Shown: positions 28,411 to 38,328 of the stretch, in pieces
Position numbering within the stretch: position 1 is the first letter of the stretch
How the letters are laid out: every line of letters starts with the position of its first letter
Assembly (NCBI GenBank): GCA_027014955.1
Contig: JALWDA010000073.1
Location: 12,926 to 76,925 of the forward strand
Length of the DNA stretch: 64,000 nucleotides
Reading direction: 5' to 3'
Source: Desulfurococcales archaeon
Lineage (GTDB): Archaea > Thermoproteota > Thermoprotei_A > Sulfolobales > Fervidicoccaceae
The notes under the pieces: generated by a model
The model's input: only the letters and a program-made list of their open reading frames with translations
Databases searched by the model: none
What the model was told of the DNA's origin: nothing
Translations under genes and position numbers: made by a program

Positions 28411-29085
28411 TTAGTTGGGTCTTCCATGGGGTTTTTCTGTGGGTGGTTTCTTTATTATGGTTGCTGAGACTGGGGTCCCTTTTATCCTTCTTATTATCCT
28501 AGCCTCTATGGTTTTTAGAGTCTCTTTTGCTTGATTCACTATAGCTGTGGGATCTACTGCGTGTCCCGTTGTCTTTAGGTATCTGTGGGCCAACTTGGCC
28601 AAGGGTCCGCGTAACCCTATTTTGCGGTATGATTCACCTATCTGGCTCGGGGGTATTGTGGGGTCTGCCTCGAATACGATCACTTCTCCCCCGTCTTTGA
28701 CAGTCATGTACAGGGATTGGAGGGTTTTGCTGGGGTCTGAGAGGTGGTGGTAGGAGAACACGAGTAGTGCTTTGTCTATAGAGTTTTTCCTGAGGGGGAT
28801 GTGCTCTCCCACCCCCCTTATGAGATGTACGTGTGTCCTAGTTTGGAGGCTCGCCGAATGTTTGAGCATGGGCTTGGACGGCTCTATTCCTATTATCTCG
28901 GCGTTGATGCGTTCGCTAAGTATTTTTATGAACGCGCCTGTCCCACTGCCCACCTCGGCGAGGACCTCTTCTTCACCAGCTTCTAAGCAACTGGCAATAG
29001 CTTGGTGAAGTTTCCTAGTAAAGGGTTGTTTGCTGAAGACGTGGTATAATAGTGAGAACAGGGGATTATTCCAGTGGCTCTCCAA
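28411..29085 (-). CDS. Class I SAM-dependent methyltransferase (UbiE/Methyltransf_11-like)
   Basis: AEVGSGTG, IGIEPS..ML, GVGEHIPL, FSYHH...VKDGG. Confidence 0.85.
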   Translation of the reverse strand: MESHWNNPLFSLLYHVFSKQPFTRKLHQAIASCLEAGEEEVLAEVGSGTGAFIKILSERINAEIIGIEPSKPMLKHSASLQTRTHVHLIRGVGEHIPLRKNSIDKALLVFSYHHLSDPSKTLQSLYMTVKDGGEVIVFEADPTIPPSQIGESYRKIGLRGPLAKLAHRYLKTTGHAVDPTAIVNQAKETLKTIEARIIRRIKGTPVSATIIKKPPTEKPHGRPN

Positions 29086-29133
29086 TAGGCTCTCATCTCC
29101 AGGTTCACGGTTAAGTTGCCCGTGAACACTTTT

Positions 29134-30423
29134 TTACTCGTAGACGTATTTCTTTAGCATACTTACGACGTTTTTAACAGGTTCTTCAAAACGTTTCTCC
29201 TCATAGCGGTCATAGAGGGTGACCTTGCCTTCACGAGCTTCCTTCTCACCAAGTATGGCCACGAACCTAATGCCCAAACGTTGAGCATATTTCCTCTGCT
29301 TAGAATGGCTTCTCCTCATAAGATCCACATCGGCGGGTATTCCTTCCCTTCTCAAAAGCTGGGTAAGTTTCCACGCGTCCCCGTATAGGTCCTCGGAAAG
29401 ATAGGTGACCATAACCAATACACTCGTACGAGCATGCTCGTCTATAAGCCCCCTTTCCCTTAGGACGTCGATGACCCTCTCCACACCAATACTCGCACCT
29501 GTAGCAGGCAGGCTCCCCTCTTTCCTGAACATGCCGATGAGATTATCGTACCGCCCGCCTCCAGCAAGGCTGGGTGAGAGCTGCTCCCTTAGCCCGTACT
29601 CAAAGATGGGCCCGGTATAATAGTCGAGCCCTCTCACCAGGCTTATGTCGATGAGCATGCGCTGGGGTTCTTCGGCCAGCTCGTATACGCGCTCAAGGTC
29701 GGCAACGGGACCGCTGTTTCCGACCATTGTCGCTAACCTCTCGAGTAGGGTCTGGGGCTCGCCCCTCAGTTCTATGAGCTTCATTATTTTCTCTATACTA
29801 GAGTCGTTAAGACCTAGTTTCTCAAGCTCTTTCCTAACCCCCTCCTCGCCTATCTTGTCAAGTTTGTCAATAGCTCGGTAGACTGGAAGAGGATCGTCCA
29901 GGCCGAGCTCTTTCTCGAAAACTTGGGAAAGCAACCTCCGGTGGTTTATCCTTATCACAACATCGTTTATGCCCAGCTCTATGAGAGCCCTTGCTATTAC
30001 GTTCATAACCTCTGCATCAGCTTCTGGATGGGGGCTCCCAATAACGTCAGCGTCTGCTTGGAGGAACTCCCTATACCTCATCCTCTGGGGCTCTTCGTGC
30101 CTCCATACCAGGGATACCTGGCCACGCTTAAAGGGAAGGGGGATCTCCGGGTGCATGGCCACGAATCTGGCGAGGGGTACTGTCAAGTCGTATCGGAGGG
30201 CATACATCCTGCCGCTGAGGGGGTCCTCAAACCTCCATATAAGCATTTTCTCGGCTTCTTCGCCATACTTGCCTGCCAGGGTCTCCCAGTACTCAATGAC
30301 AGGCGTGTCCATTGGGGGGAAACCGTATATCTCGAAAACCTTTCTTATCTGCTCTACAACCCTTAGCCTGGGCTTCATGACCTCTGGAGGGAAGTCTCTA
30401 AACCCTCGCGGTACGCCGAACAT
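29134..30423 (-). CDS. hisS: Histidine--tRNA ligase
   Basis: PRGFRDF, LRYDLTVP, WRHE.PQ..RYREF.Q, LVRGLDYYTG, GGGRYD, GVER. Confidence 0.98.
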   Translation of the reverse strand: MFGVPRGFRDFPPEVMKPRLRVVEQIRKVFEIYGFPPMDTPVIEYWETLAGKYGEEAEKMLIWRFEDPLSGRMYALRYDLTVPLARFVAMHPEIPLPFKRGQVSLVWRHEEPQRMRYREFLQADADVIGSPHPEADAEVMNVIARALIELGINDVVIRINHRRLLSQVFEKELGLDDPLPVYRAIDKLDKIGEEGVRKELEKLGLNDSSIEKIMKLIELRGEPQTLLERLATMVGNSGPVADLERVYELAEEPQRMLIDISLVRGLDYYTGPIFEYGLREQLSPSLAGGGRYDNLIGMFRKEGSLPATGASIGVERVIDVLRERGLIDEHARTSVLVMVTYLSEDLYGDAWKLTQLLRREGIPADVDLMRRSHSKQRKYAQRLGIRFVAILGEKEAREGKVTLYDRYEEKRFEEPVKNVVSMLKKYVYE

Positions 30424-30649
30424 GGATTCTCACCCGTAGAGTTTCATCGCAGGTTCATCCACGCTGTCGATTGGAGTACTCATGTTTTAGAGAGGAATCG
30501 CTGGAAGTGCATTGCTCCTAGCTGTTCAAAGATAGGGTATACAGACAATAATATTAGACTACCCTCACTGTAAGAGTCAATGACGTAATGCGGGTTCAGT
30601 AATATTGCAGAGACCCGGTGCCACTCTGCGTTGGTGAGGGGTTGCTTGA

Positions 30650-31366
30650 TTGATAGAGAGCCTTACTAACCTGTCACTATTGCTTGAGAAGTACGGTCTC
30701 ATAGGTGTATTTATAGTAAGCTTCATCGGAAACGTTATACCCTATTCAGCGGTACCCTACTTGGCATTCATAGCAGCGTATGCCGCTAGTTTCGAGTCGG
30801 AGAACCGAATGCTAATCGCTCTTGTAGGAGGCCTTGGCTCTGCACTTGGGAAATACGTGCTATACGGAGCCTCGAGATATGCAGGCCGCTTTCTATCAAG
30901 CCGTAGACGTGAGGAGCTAGAGTACTTCTCGAAGATATTCAGCAAGAAAGGGGCCGGGCTAATAGCGATATTCCTGTTCGCAGCTCTGCCTTTGCCCGAC
31001 GACTTGCTTTATGTCCCCCTAGGTGTTGCCAAATTCAATTTCACGCTATTCGCTTTAGCCGTTCTGTTGGGAAAGATATTCTTATCTGCAATTGCAGTTT
31101 TTCTAGGTAGCCAAGCCCGGTGGTTTATCAGCGAAAGCCTCGAAGGAGGCTACCTAGTGTTAGGCATTGTTGTATTGATAGTCGCCACTGTGATGTTCCT
31201 TATGGCTGTGATATACATTGACTGGAAGAAAATATTCTTCGCGACAACCAACGAGGGTGGCATGAAGGCAATGAAGGTGTTCTGTAAAGAATTGTACCTG
31301 GTACTGACTCTTAGACACCCCTCAATGAGAAGCTCGAGAAAAGCTGAAAAGGTGAGACAGTCCTGA
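30650..31366 (+). CDS. DedA/VTT (SNARE-associated) family membrane protein
   Basis: GGLGSALG, IFLFAALPLPDD..YVPLG, GK motifs; several TM segments. Confidence 0.85.
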   Translation: MIESLTNLSLLLEKYGLIGVFIVSFIGNVIPYSAVPYLAFIAAYAASFESENRMLIALVGGLGSALGKYVLYGASRYAGRFLSSRRREELEYFSKIFSKKGAGLIAIFLFAALPLPDDLLYVPLGVAKFNFTLFALAVLLGKIFLSAIAVFLGSQARWFISESLEGGYLVLGIVVLIVATVMFLMAVIYIDWKKIFFATTNEGGMKAMKVFCKELYLVLTLRHPSMRSSRKAEKVRQS

Positions 31367-32091
31367 CCATCAAGTTCCTCTTCGAAGTACAGCCCACACG
31401 TTATAAGGATAAGTTTGTCAGGGAGCTCAACATAATTTCAAGGATAACTAGAAGAATACATATACCCGACTCCCCTCTGGGTTACCCTAAAAACCACGTA
31501 CTGGCGCTGGCGAGTATTGCAGTTAACAGACTGTTCGAAACCACTATACATCTTAGAACAATTGACCTTAACGAAAACGCGCTCGTAAGCACCATATATG
31601 GAGCGAACATGCTAGGAGTAAGGCGATTACTCTTCCTAAGAGGAGACCCTCCCCACTATGGAGGACCATGCGGGTCGTCAATTACCCCGGAGGAGGCTAT
31701 AGAGCTCGCTCGTCGAGATAATAGGCTGGATTCTATGCAAAAGGGCCTTATATTGAGCCTAAGGTACCCCATAGATAAAGTGATACAGAGGGTAGAGAGG
31801 GCGAAGCCGGACTTTGTCCTGACCATGAATAACGACTTGAAAAAGCTTGAGAGTCTGAGGAGCAACTATGATGGAATAATAGTGATGTACACCGTGATAA
31901 AGACCATTGGGAACGCCAGTTATGTTGAGAAGGAGCTGGGTAATAAGGATGCTGTGTACTATGAAGACCTAGTAAACTTTGTGGAGCGTGTAAAAGACTT
32001 TATAGATGAACTTCTCCTAACAGCTCCAAGGGCGGTGGAGGACGCCGTGGACGCGCTCAAAAAATTAGGGCTCTCACTTTACACTCCCTAG
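31363..32091 (+). CDS. Methylenetetrahydrofolate reductase-like flavoprotein, probable CTG start
   Basis: Frame is open 82 codons upstream of the track's ATG (31609) and encodes FEVQP...IPDSPLG...IHLRTIDLN before LFLRGDPP. GGTGA lies 7 nt before CTG at 31363; in-frame stop at 31345. Confidence 0.72.
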   Translation: MTIKFLFEVQPTRYKDKFVRELNIISRITRRIHIPDSPLGYPKNHVLALASIAVNRLFETTIHLRTIDLNENALVSTIYGANMLGVRRLLFLRGDPPHYGGPCGSSITPEEAIELARRDNRLDSMQKGLILSLRYPIDKVIQRVERAKPDFVLTMNNDLKKLESLRSNYDGIIVMYTVIKTIGNASYVEKELGNKDAVYYEDLVNFVERVKDFIDELLLTAPRAVEDAVDALKKLGLSLYTP

Positions 32092-32969
32092 GTTAAGGTG
32101 AGCCCAATTCCCCAGAAACCAATAATCACGCCCAGGGCTCTTGAGAGCCCTATTTTCTCCTCGGTGGATGGCAACAGGTATACGAGCAACAGGGCTATGA
32201 AGGAGCTGGTTGAAAAGATGGGTGCGGCCACAAAGGCAGGTATATAGTCAAGGGCCACGAACCTGAAAGATTGTGCAGCCAACGGTATTATACCAAGAAG
32301 TACTAGGAGAGGACTACGCGTGCTAACCAAAAGCCTAGCGGCATAGATCGTATCTCTGCTCCTAGCTATGGCGATGGCCAGTATAGCTGACATGTAGCTT
32401 ATAAAAACACCTGTAAATGGACTCGCCTGGCCTAGGTTAGCGTACCTTATGCTGATGTTCACCATTGATACAAAGAACATGGCCAAAAACGCCGAGACTA
32501 ACCCCACCAGATCCACATTCTTCCCCCTATCAGAGTTGTTTGCTATAGCCACTCCTGCCAAGAAGAAGAGTAGGCCCACCAAAGCCTTGCTGGTAGGAGT
32601 CTCCCCTAGAAGAACCGCACTAAGCAACGCAGTGACTATAACGTTGCCCGAAATCACAAGACTGGCCACGCTCGCGCCTACTCTTCTCACGGCCTTAAAG
32701 AAGAAAAAACGAGCAACCGCAAAATTGGCAACTCCCGAGAAGGCATAGGCGGCCGCACATTTTGGGCAGACACTAGGGCTGGAAACTATAGGAAAAGCAA
32801 CTGAAATCACTGTACCTATAAGTAGGCTTGCTGGAAGCATTACGGATTCGCTATACTTATGCCCGACGATGCGTGCGACTACACTGTTCAGCCCAAACAA
32901 GAGCGCCGAGAGGAAGGCTGCAAATATGCCCAGAAGGCTATATGCCAAGTCCACCGCCTCGCCTTTCAA
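32088..32969 (-). CDS. DMT/EamA family transporter
   Basis: About ten TM segments in two repeats; FFKAVRRVGASVA, LLGET. Confidence 0.85.
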   Translation of the reverse strand: MKGEAVDLAYSLLGIFAAFLSALLFGLNSVVARIVGHKYSESVMLPASLLIGTVISVAFPIVSSPSVCPKCAAAYAFSGVANFAVARFFFFKAVRRVGASVASLVISGNVIVTALLSAVLLGETPTSKALVGLLFFLAGVAIANNSDRGKNVDLVGLVSAFLAMFFVSMVNISIRYANLGQASPFTGVFISYMSAILAIAIARSRDTIYAARLLVSTRSPLLVLLGIIPLAAQSFRFVALDYIPAFVAAPIFSTSSFIALLLVYLLPSTEEKIGLSRALGVIIGFWGIGLTLT

Positions 32970-33122
32970 AGGAGTTCAGCTTGTCAGGGATTAAATCCTT
33001 CTAGGAGCTAGAAGACCCACATGTAGAATAATAAGCTTTACAATAAAACACACTCCGTAAAAGAAGTTGCATGCAATGACTGTAAGGTGGGTCACCCTAG
33101 AATACGAGTCTGCTAGAGGCTA

Positions 33123-34061
33123 CTAGAATCCCGGTCTCGTAGTTATGATAACCTCTTTCTCCAACACGAGTATGGTGTCTTCCGCCTGGGCAACTTGAAG
33201 ACCCGTAGGCTCTACCAGGACGGGGTAGTCTATCAGGTACCTTCGAGTCGCTAACGTTTTGAGGGTCTCCCTTATGTAATCGATGGTAATTTTCCTCCCC
33301 TTGGAAGCGCTCATCAGCCACCTCTCAGAAAAGGGAAGCCCCCTCCTCTCCTCGTAAATCTTATCAAGCATAGACGCTAGCCTCCCTGCGAGTCTCCTTC
33401 CCTTCTTGTCAAGGGGTCTTGAGAACGAGTATATGTTGACATCATTGCCGTTCACTACGTAGCCAAGGCCTTTCGTTGTGAATGGCTCAATAGCTATTAG
33501 CATTCCCGGCCTTATGGATATCCTGGACGAGTTGGAGACGTTAGGAATACTCACACCAGCATGTAGCCTGAAGGGCTCCATGGCATGCCCGGTCAGGTTG
33601 CTGACTGGCTTGAGACCGTAGCTCTTTATGGTCTTTTCAATAACTGAGGATATTTCCCACACCTGTATATCGGGTCTGATGACAGATATCGCTCTGTCAA
33701 GGGCATCTTGGGCTGCTTTAATCAGATCTTCATTCTCTCCAGATAGGTCTATGCTGACTGACGTGTCAGATAGCATACCTTTTACCATTACGCCAAAATC
33801 TATCTTCAGGACACCGCTATCGGGCACTTTACGGGTGTCCTCCCAGTAGGGGGAATAATGGGCTGCTTCGTGTCCCCAGCTTATGTTACAAGGGAAGGCA
33901 GGCTCTCCCCCTTTGCTCCTTATGGTTTCTTCGACCTTCTCAGCAATCTCTATGTAAGGAACGCCTGGCCTGATCATTTTCTGTATCATCTGCTTTATTT
34001 CGTAGGCAATTCTACCTGCCTTCTTAATGTTCTCTACGTCCTTTTCGGTAAGAATCGCCAT
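33123..34061 (-). CDS. map: Methionine aminopeptidase type II
   Basis: AFPCNIS, AAHYSP, KIDFG...SDT, NLTGH, AIEPF, AQAEDT. Confidence 0.96.
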   Translation of the reverse strand: MAILTEKDVENIKKAGRIAYEIKQMIQKMIRPGVPYIEIAEKVEETIRSKGGEPAFPCNISWGHEAAHYSPYWEDTRKVPDSGVLKIDFGVMVKGMLSDTSVSIDLSGENEDLIKAAQDALDRAISVIRPDIQVWEISSVIEKTIKSYGLKPVSNLTGHAMEPFRLHAGVSIPNVSNSSRISIRPGMLIAIEPFTTKGLGYVVNGNDVNIYSFSRPLDKKGRRLAGRLASMLDKIYEERRGLPFSERWLMSASKGRKITIDYIRETLKTLATRRYLIDYPVLVEPTGLQVAQAEDTILVLEKEVIITTRPGF

Positions 34062-34142
34062 CTTGGGACACCTTGTTAAGGTTTCCGAAGTGGATCTAAA
34101 TTATATTAATCATCCGAGGGCCTCACTTACTCGTGCCAAGTA

Positions 34143-35189
34143 ATGGTGAAGGGATACTGCATGGCATCTAGTGGTAAAAGGACAGTTATTTTGGGTGTCT
34201 TTAGTATAAGTATTATAATAGTATCATATCTGGCTTATGCACGCTTATCTAACGCTGACTTAGGAAAGCTAGCAGAGAGTTTTACCTTATCAAGTATTCT
34301 ATTATCTATGGTACTTCTACTCGTGTCTGAGACGGTTAAAGCATATAGGCTATACTACATCTCTAATATACTCGGCGAGCCAGTTTCTTTTAGTAGCACC
34401 CTCATTACTAGGTTTGTGGGAAACACTGCAGGTCTTCTAACTCCAGGAAACCTTGGTGCAGAGCCTGTGAGGGTACTCACGCTGGCATCACTCAATGGAG
34501 TTAAGATAGAGAAACTTGCGGCAGCGGGGGTGCTAGAGTCGTTTTACGACATAGTGGTTGCTGTCGCGATCTCTCTCGCAGCATCAATGGTGCTCCTCCC
34601 TGCCTCCCTTCCCGTGCTTATTGTCTCTGTTGTAATAATGGCTTTATGGATAGCCGGGCTAACAGGCCTCGTCTATAGGGAGGGATTCTGGAAAAAGGTG
34701 GTTAAAGGAATAAGTGAAAGGCTTCCCGAGAAGTATAGAGGACAGGTTCTCTCCAGGTACAAGGACTTTACCTTAGCTGTTACCACTGGTCTTAATCCTA
34801 GAGCTAACGTGGTTTGCTTCTCCCTTACTATTGCGAGTTTTTTCCTAATAGCACTCAGCTTTATCCCACTTGCTGGGATAATAGAGAATGGCGGGGGTGC
34901 GGGTGTGTTTTATGAAGTAGTCGATTTTGTATCAGGGTATTCAATGAGCTTTGTCATGAGCTTCCTCCCTACTCCTGGGGGCAGTGGCTTCTTTGAGTAC
35001 GGTCTCGGCGTCGCTATGGAGAAAGAACTTGCTCTTGCGTGGAGGATGGTATTCATAATCTTCTCTCTGACCCCCACAGCTCTTATACTATTGTTCGGCG
35101 TAAGGATTAGGAAGACCGTAATAGGCAACCTCAAAAAATCACTGGGAGGAGAATCTAACCAGCCCTCCTACGTGCCATCAGAGTACTGA
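34143..35189 (+). CDS. UPF0104/lysylphosphatidylglycerol-synthase TM (flippase-like) membrane protein
   Basis: TPGNLGAEP, PTPGGSGFFE, WR motifs. Confidence 0.85.
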   Translation: MVKGYCMASSGKRTVILGVFSISIIIVSYLAYARLSNADLGKLAESFTLSSILLSMVLLLVSETVKAYRLYYISNILGEPVSFSSTLITRFVGNTAGLLTPGNLGAEPVRVLTLASLNGVKIEKLAAAGVLESFYDIVVAVAISLAASMVLLPASLPVLIVSVVIMALWIAGLTGLVYREGFWKKVVKGISERLPEKYRGQVLSRYKDFTLAVTTGLNPRANVVCFSLTIASFFLIALSFIPLAGIIENGGGAGVFYEVVDFVSGYSMSFVMSFLPTPGGSGFFEYGLGVAMEKELALAWRMVFIIFSLTPTALILLFGVRIRKTVIGNLKKSLGGESNQPSYVPSEY

Positions 35190-37188
35190 CCACAATTGCT
35201 ACAAGAACTGCGACCGCAAATGCCTGTACAACACCTGTAGTGCCCACGCTTCTCTCTACAGCTATTGTCTGTGTCGTTGTAACGGTAACAGTTTGTGTTA
35301 TATGGACTTCTTGGGTAATTGTGGTCGTAGTTTCTGTTTGGTCTTCCACACTACTTGTATCCTGGATACCTGTACTACTTTGTAGAGGCCCCTGGACAGG
35401 CATAGAAAATGCGGGGGCAAGGTACCTGGTCAGCGCGTCTTGCAGTGAGCCTAGTGTGAAGGACCTTATAGCTGCGTATACTTCGTCCATATCCCCCGTC
35501 TTCTCGAAGTTGCTCAGGCTCTCAAGCCCGTATTCGAGGTAGCCTAGGGCAATCACGCTTCTATATCCAGGTCGTGACAGGCTCTTAACCAGGTTCTCTT
35601 TTAGTATAGTTGCGATATCCTGGGGCTTATAGTCAAACACCCTGTGAAGGCCAACCATGGAATCCGCCAGGCTCTGCATGAAGTATGAGATAGCCTCTAT
35701 CTGGGCACCCTCTCCTAGCTTTTCAACCCCCTTCTGATAGGACAGTGAGGGAGATTCTTGTGGGGATACTCCAAGGTCCTCAAATAGGCTGGTATAGTAA
35801 GAAACCACAGTCTCAGCAAGCCCCATGAGGTCGTTAGCGAGCTTTTCTATATCATCCCGAGTCACGGGGGGTGAGGGTATCTCGGAATATTCGAGCCACT
35901 TGAGAGCAACCAAAGACCTCCACTTAGCATAGCCAAGCCTGATAGCTGAACCGTCTTCTACAACAAGGGTTTTCTCCCCGGTGAGTGGGTTGACGGCTTC
36001 GTATATTCCTTCAAGCGCACTTAACAGAAGGTATTGGGCGTCAAGGGCCCGCTGCCTTGCCGTTACCAGTGCTTCTAGGCTGGAGACGTTCTGGGGCTGG
36101 GTGCTGTTAATGATTTGTAGTACATTGTTTATGGTGTTGTTTACGGTTTCTATGTACGAGAGGATCTCCTCTTTAGTCGTCACGTACTGTTTTATGTAGG
36201 CAGCTTCAGCCAAGGCCGTTGCACTGAACATGTATGAGGCTGCAATGTAGTATTTGCCTTCATTCTTATAGGAGAGGGCCTTGTCTGCCAGAAGTTGGCT
36301 CTGGTTAAGAAGGTCTTCTGCAAGGGACGTGTTGACCAGTTCAACCAGTCTTTCCCTCTCGTTTTTTAAGTCGTTTATCCACCTAGTAAAGAGGTTTACA
36401 GCATCGATATTGTAAAGTGGTAGGTCCACGTCACCCTCACTGGGCGGTTTCCAAGATTCTAGGAAGTACGATGCCGCTTCGTATATGCTGGCCACTTCTA
36501 CAACCTTAACACCGAGCTCCTTTGCATATTCTGTTAGATTAAGGGGCTCGCGGGTCACATATATGATGCCTCCCTGCTGCACTCTCTTCTCAACCATCAC
36601 AACAGACTCGCCTGCGGGAACTAGGAAGACTTTGTAACCAGCGTTTGCTGCTGCTTCTAATTTCGCCTTTACGCCCCCCACCGGACCCACTGTACCGTCG
36701 GGATATATCATCCCAGTCATAGCTACGCTAGAATTTATGCCGGATCCCGTGAACAGGGCTAGAAAACCTATGGTCATTACAGCCCCTGCACTTGGGCCCC
36801 CGATAATCAGGCTAGGTGATTTCATGGAGACGAACGCGTCGTAAACCCTATGGTCCTTGCCCGCGATTTGTGCCGCAACCATGAACGCGATACGGGCCGA
36901 TGCCTGGCTGTCTATCATGGTAAGGGGCTCTGAGCTGAAATAGAGGTTCCCTTTTCCAGGGTAGGCCAACGATACTGTAAGGTTGCTTACAACGCCCCTT
37001 CCGTCGCTTCCAACGGCTAGTGCAGGCAGGCTTACGCTTGCTATCCAATCATAATTATTGTATACAGGCCTGTAGACCTCTTCGGCGCTCAGTGTGGGTG
37101 ATATCAGGGCTAGGAGGATTAAATAGGCTAGAATTAATGATTTCATAGCACGAGGGGATGTTGGCTTATTGGGGTTCTTATCTACCAT
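35155..37188 (-). CDS. Membrane-anchored S16 (Lon-type Ser-Lys dyad) protease-like protein
   Basis: Signal peptide, IGGPSAG, MTGMIYPDGTVGPVGGVKAK, Thr-rich stalk, C-terminal TM and RRR tail. Confidence 0.88.
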   Translation of the reverse strand: MVDKNPNKPTSPRAMKSLILAYLILLALISPTLSAEEVYRPVYNNYDWIASVSLPALAVGSDGRGVVSNLTVSLAYPGKGNLYFSSEPLTMIDSQASARIAFMVAAQIAGKDHRVYDAFVSMKSPSLIIGGPSAGAVMTIGFLALFTGSGINSSVAMTGMIYPDGTVGPVGGVKAKLEAAANAGYKVFLVPAGESVVMVEKRVQQGGIIYVTREPLNLTEYAKELGVKVVEVASIYEAASYFLESWKPPSEGDVDLPLYNIDAVNLFTRWINDLKNERERLVELVNTSLAEDLLNQSQLLADKALSYKNEGKYYIAASYMFSATALAEAAYIKQYVTTKEEILSYIETVNNTINNVLQIINSTQPQNVSSLEALVTARQRALDAQYLLLSALEGIYEAVNPLTGEKTLVVEDGSAIRLGYAKWRSLVALKWLEYSEIPSPPVTRDDIEKLANDLMGLAETVVSYYTSLFEDLGVSPQESPSLSYQKGVEKLGEGAQIEAISYFMQSLADSMVGLHRVFDYKPQDIATILKENLVKSLSRPGYRSVIALGYLEYGLESLSNFEKTGDMDEVYAAIRSFTLGSLQDALTRYLAPAFSMPVQGPLQSSTGIQDTSSVEDQTETTTTITQEVHITQTVTVTTTQTIAVERSVGTTGVVQAFAVAVLVAIVVSTLMARRRAG

Positions 37189-37302
37189 GTCTATTATCGC
37201 CTTTAAAGCTACCTTGGACAGATAACAGTTATTCAGTATATAATATTGTGAAGATAATGGTTAATACGCATATAGAATTACCTTAGTATTTTCATGGAAA
37301 CA

Positions 37303-38328
37303 TCAAGCTGATATGGGATAGATGAAACTGGTTCTCTCCCTTGTACCAATCACTATACTCAATGTATCATCACGGGTGTCGTGGAACGCTGGTCCCCTAA
37401 CCAGGAAAGCGCCTCCTTTACTAATTGCGTTGACAAAAAGAGCCTCGAAGATTATCAAACGCGCCAAGGAACCTGGTTTAGCCGAACCCCGAATAACGGC
37501 CTCTACAGTACCGCTAGCTAGGTGTGGATAGTAATGCAAGCCACAGCTATGATTATTGTCTAGGCCATCATCAATCCAGATTATTGCCTCTACAGTGCCT
37601 TGATATTCCCCTCTAGGCCTCAGCGGCCCCCCGTCTGGTGCATAGTAGTCCCTTCTCCTGTCGGGTGCATAGGCTACGGATACGAGCCTACCCTTGTATA
37701 AAAACCTCCTCCTAGGATCATACATTTGAGCTACCAATCTTGGGTGAAGCCCTAGTCTCTCAGCATTTCTCAGAACCCATTTTTCGAACAGCTTGCCTTT
37801 TAGCGGCTCGCCAACCTCTTTCCCGAGACCATCGATTAGACCACAACTGTATACTACCAAGTCTATATCACTATGTGCCTCGTTGTGAAAACCCCCCAGA
37901 ATAGAGCCCGATATGCCAATTCGGTCCCATACAGTATAGCCTCTGTCAACTATCTCGCTAGCAAGTGAGAGAGAGGCTTTCTCCAAGGGATCACCTACCC
38001 TATATAGTAGCCTCTCCACAGCCTTCTCGGGTCTCCTGTGCTCATATATGTCGAGAACGTCGATGCATGGCATGCTTGTACGGTATATGGGGCTTATACA
38101 GCTTTTTGGAGAAAGGTTAACCACATCCGGTTTATAAAGCCTGAAAATCCTCCTCAGTCCACCCCAGGAGCCCTGCCAGGGGGTAGGACCTTTTGTGGGC
38201 ACGTACTTCAGGAACGCGTATACATTCGCGGGCTCATGTATAGAGCCTATTACCTGGTATACCATACCTCGTTTATCAACCAGTATGTCCTTGTCCCTCA
38301 GAACCCTTCTCTCCACCCTTCTCTCCAC
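37303..38328 (-). CDS. Pol-beta superfamily nucleotidyltransferase (COG1665-like)
   Basis: V.G..H...AFLKYVP N-terminus; GISGSIL.G...SDIDLVVY catalytic motif. Confidence 0.8.
   Translation of the reverse strand: MERRVERRVLRDKDILVDKRGMVYQVIGSIHEPANVYAFLKYVPTKGPTPWQGSWGGLRRIFRLYKPDVVNLSPKSCISPIYRTSMPCIDVLDIYEHRRPEKAVERLLYRVGDPLEKASLSLASEIVDRGYTVWDRIGISGSILGGFHNEAHSDIDLVVYSCGLIDGLGKEVGEPLKGKLFEKWVLRNAERLGLHPRLVAQMYDPRRRFLYKGRLVSVAYAPDRRRDYYAPDGGPLRPRGEYQGTVEAIIWIDDGLDNNHSCGLHYYPHLASGTVEAVIRGSAKPGSLARLIIFEALFVNAISKGGAFLVRGPAFHDTRDDTLSIVIGTRERTSFIYPISA

Noticed and set aside
28123..29085. Integrated element at tRNA-Gly
   Set aside because: No integrase, no duplicated tRNA fragment seen in the window, and the flanking genes are ordinary
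29086..29100. Out-of-frame ATG upstream of the methyltransferase suggesting a frameshift
   Set aside because: That frame closes quickly without motifs; the TTG at 29085 has a plausible RBS
30430..30490. Two GATGA motifs on the minus strand upstream of hisS
   Set aside because: Spacing and D boxes do not fit a C/D sRNA; the final GGTGA is the hisS RBS
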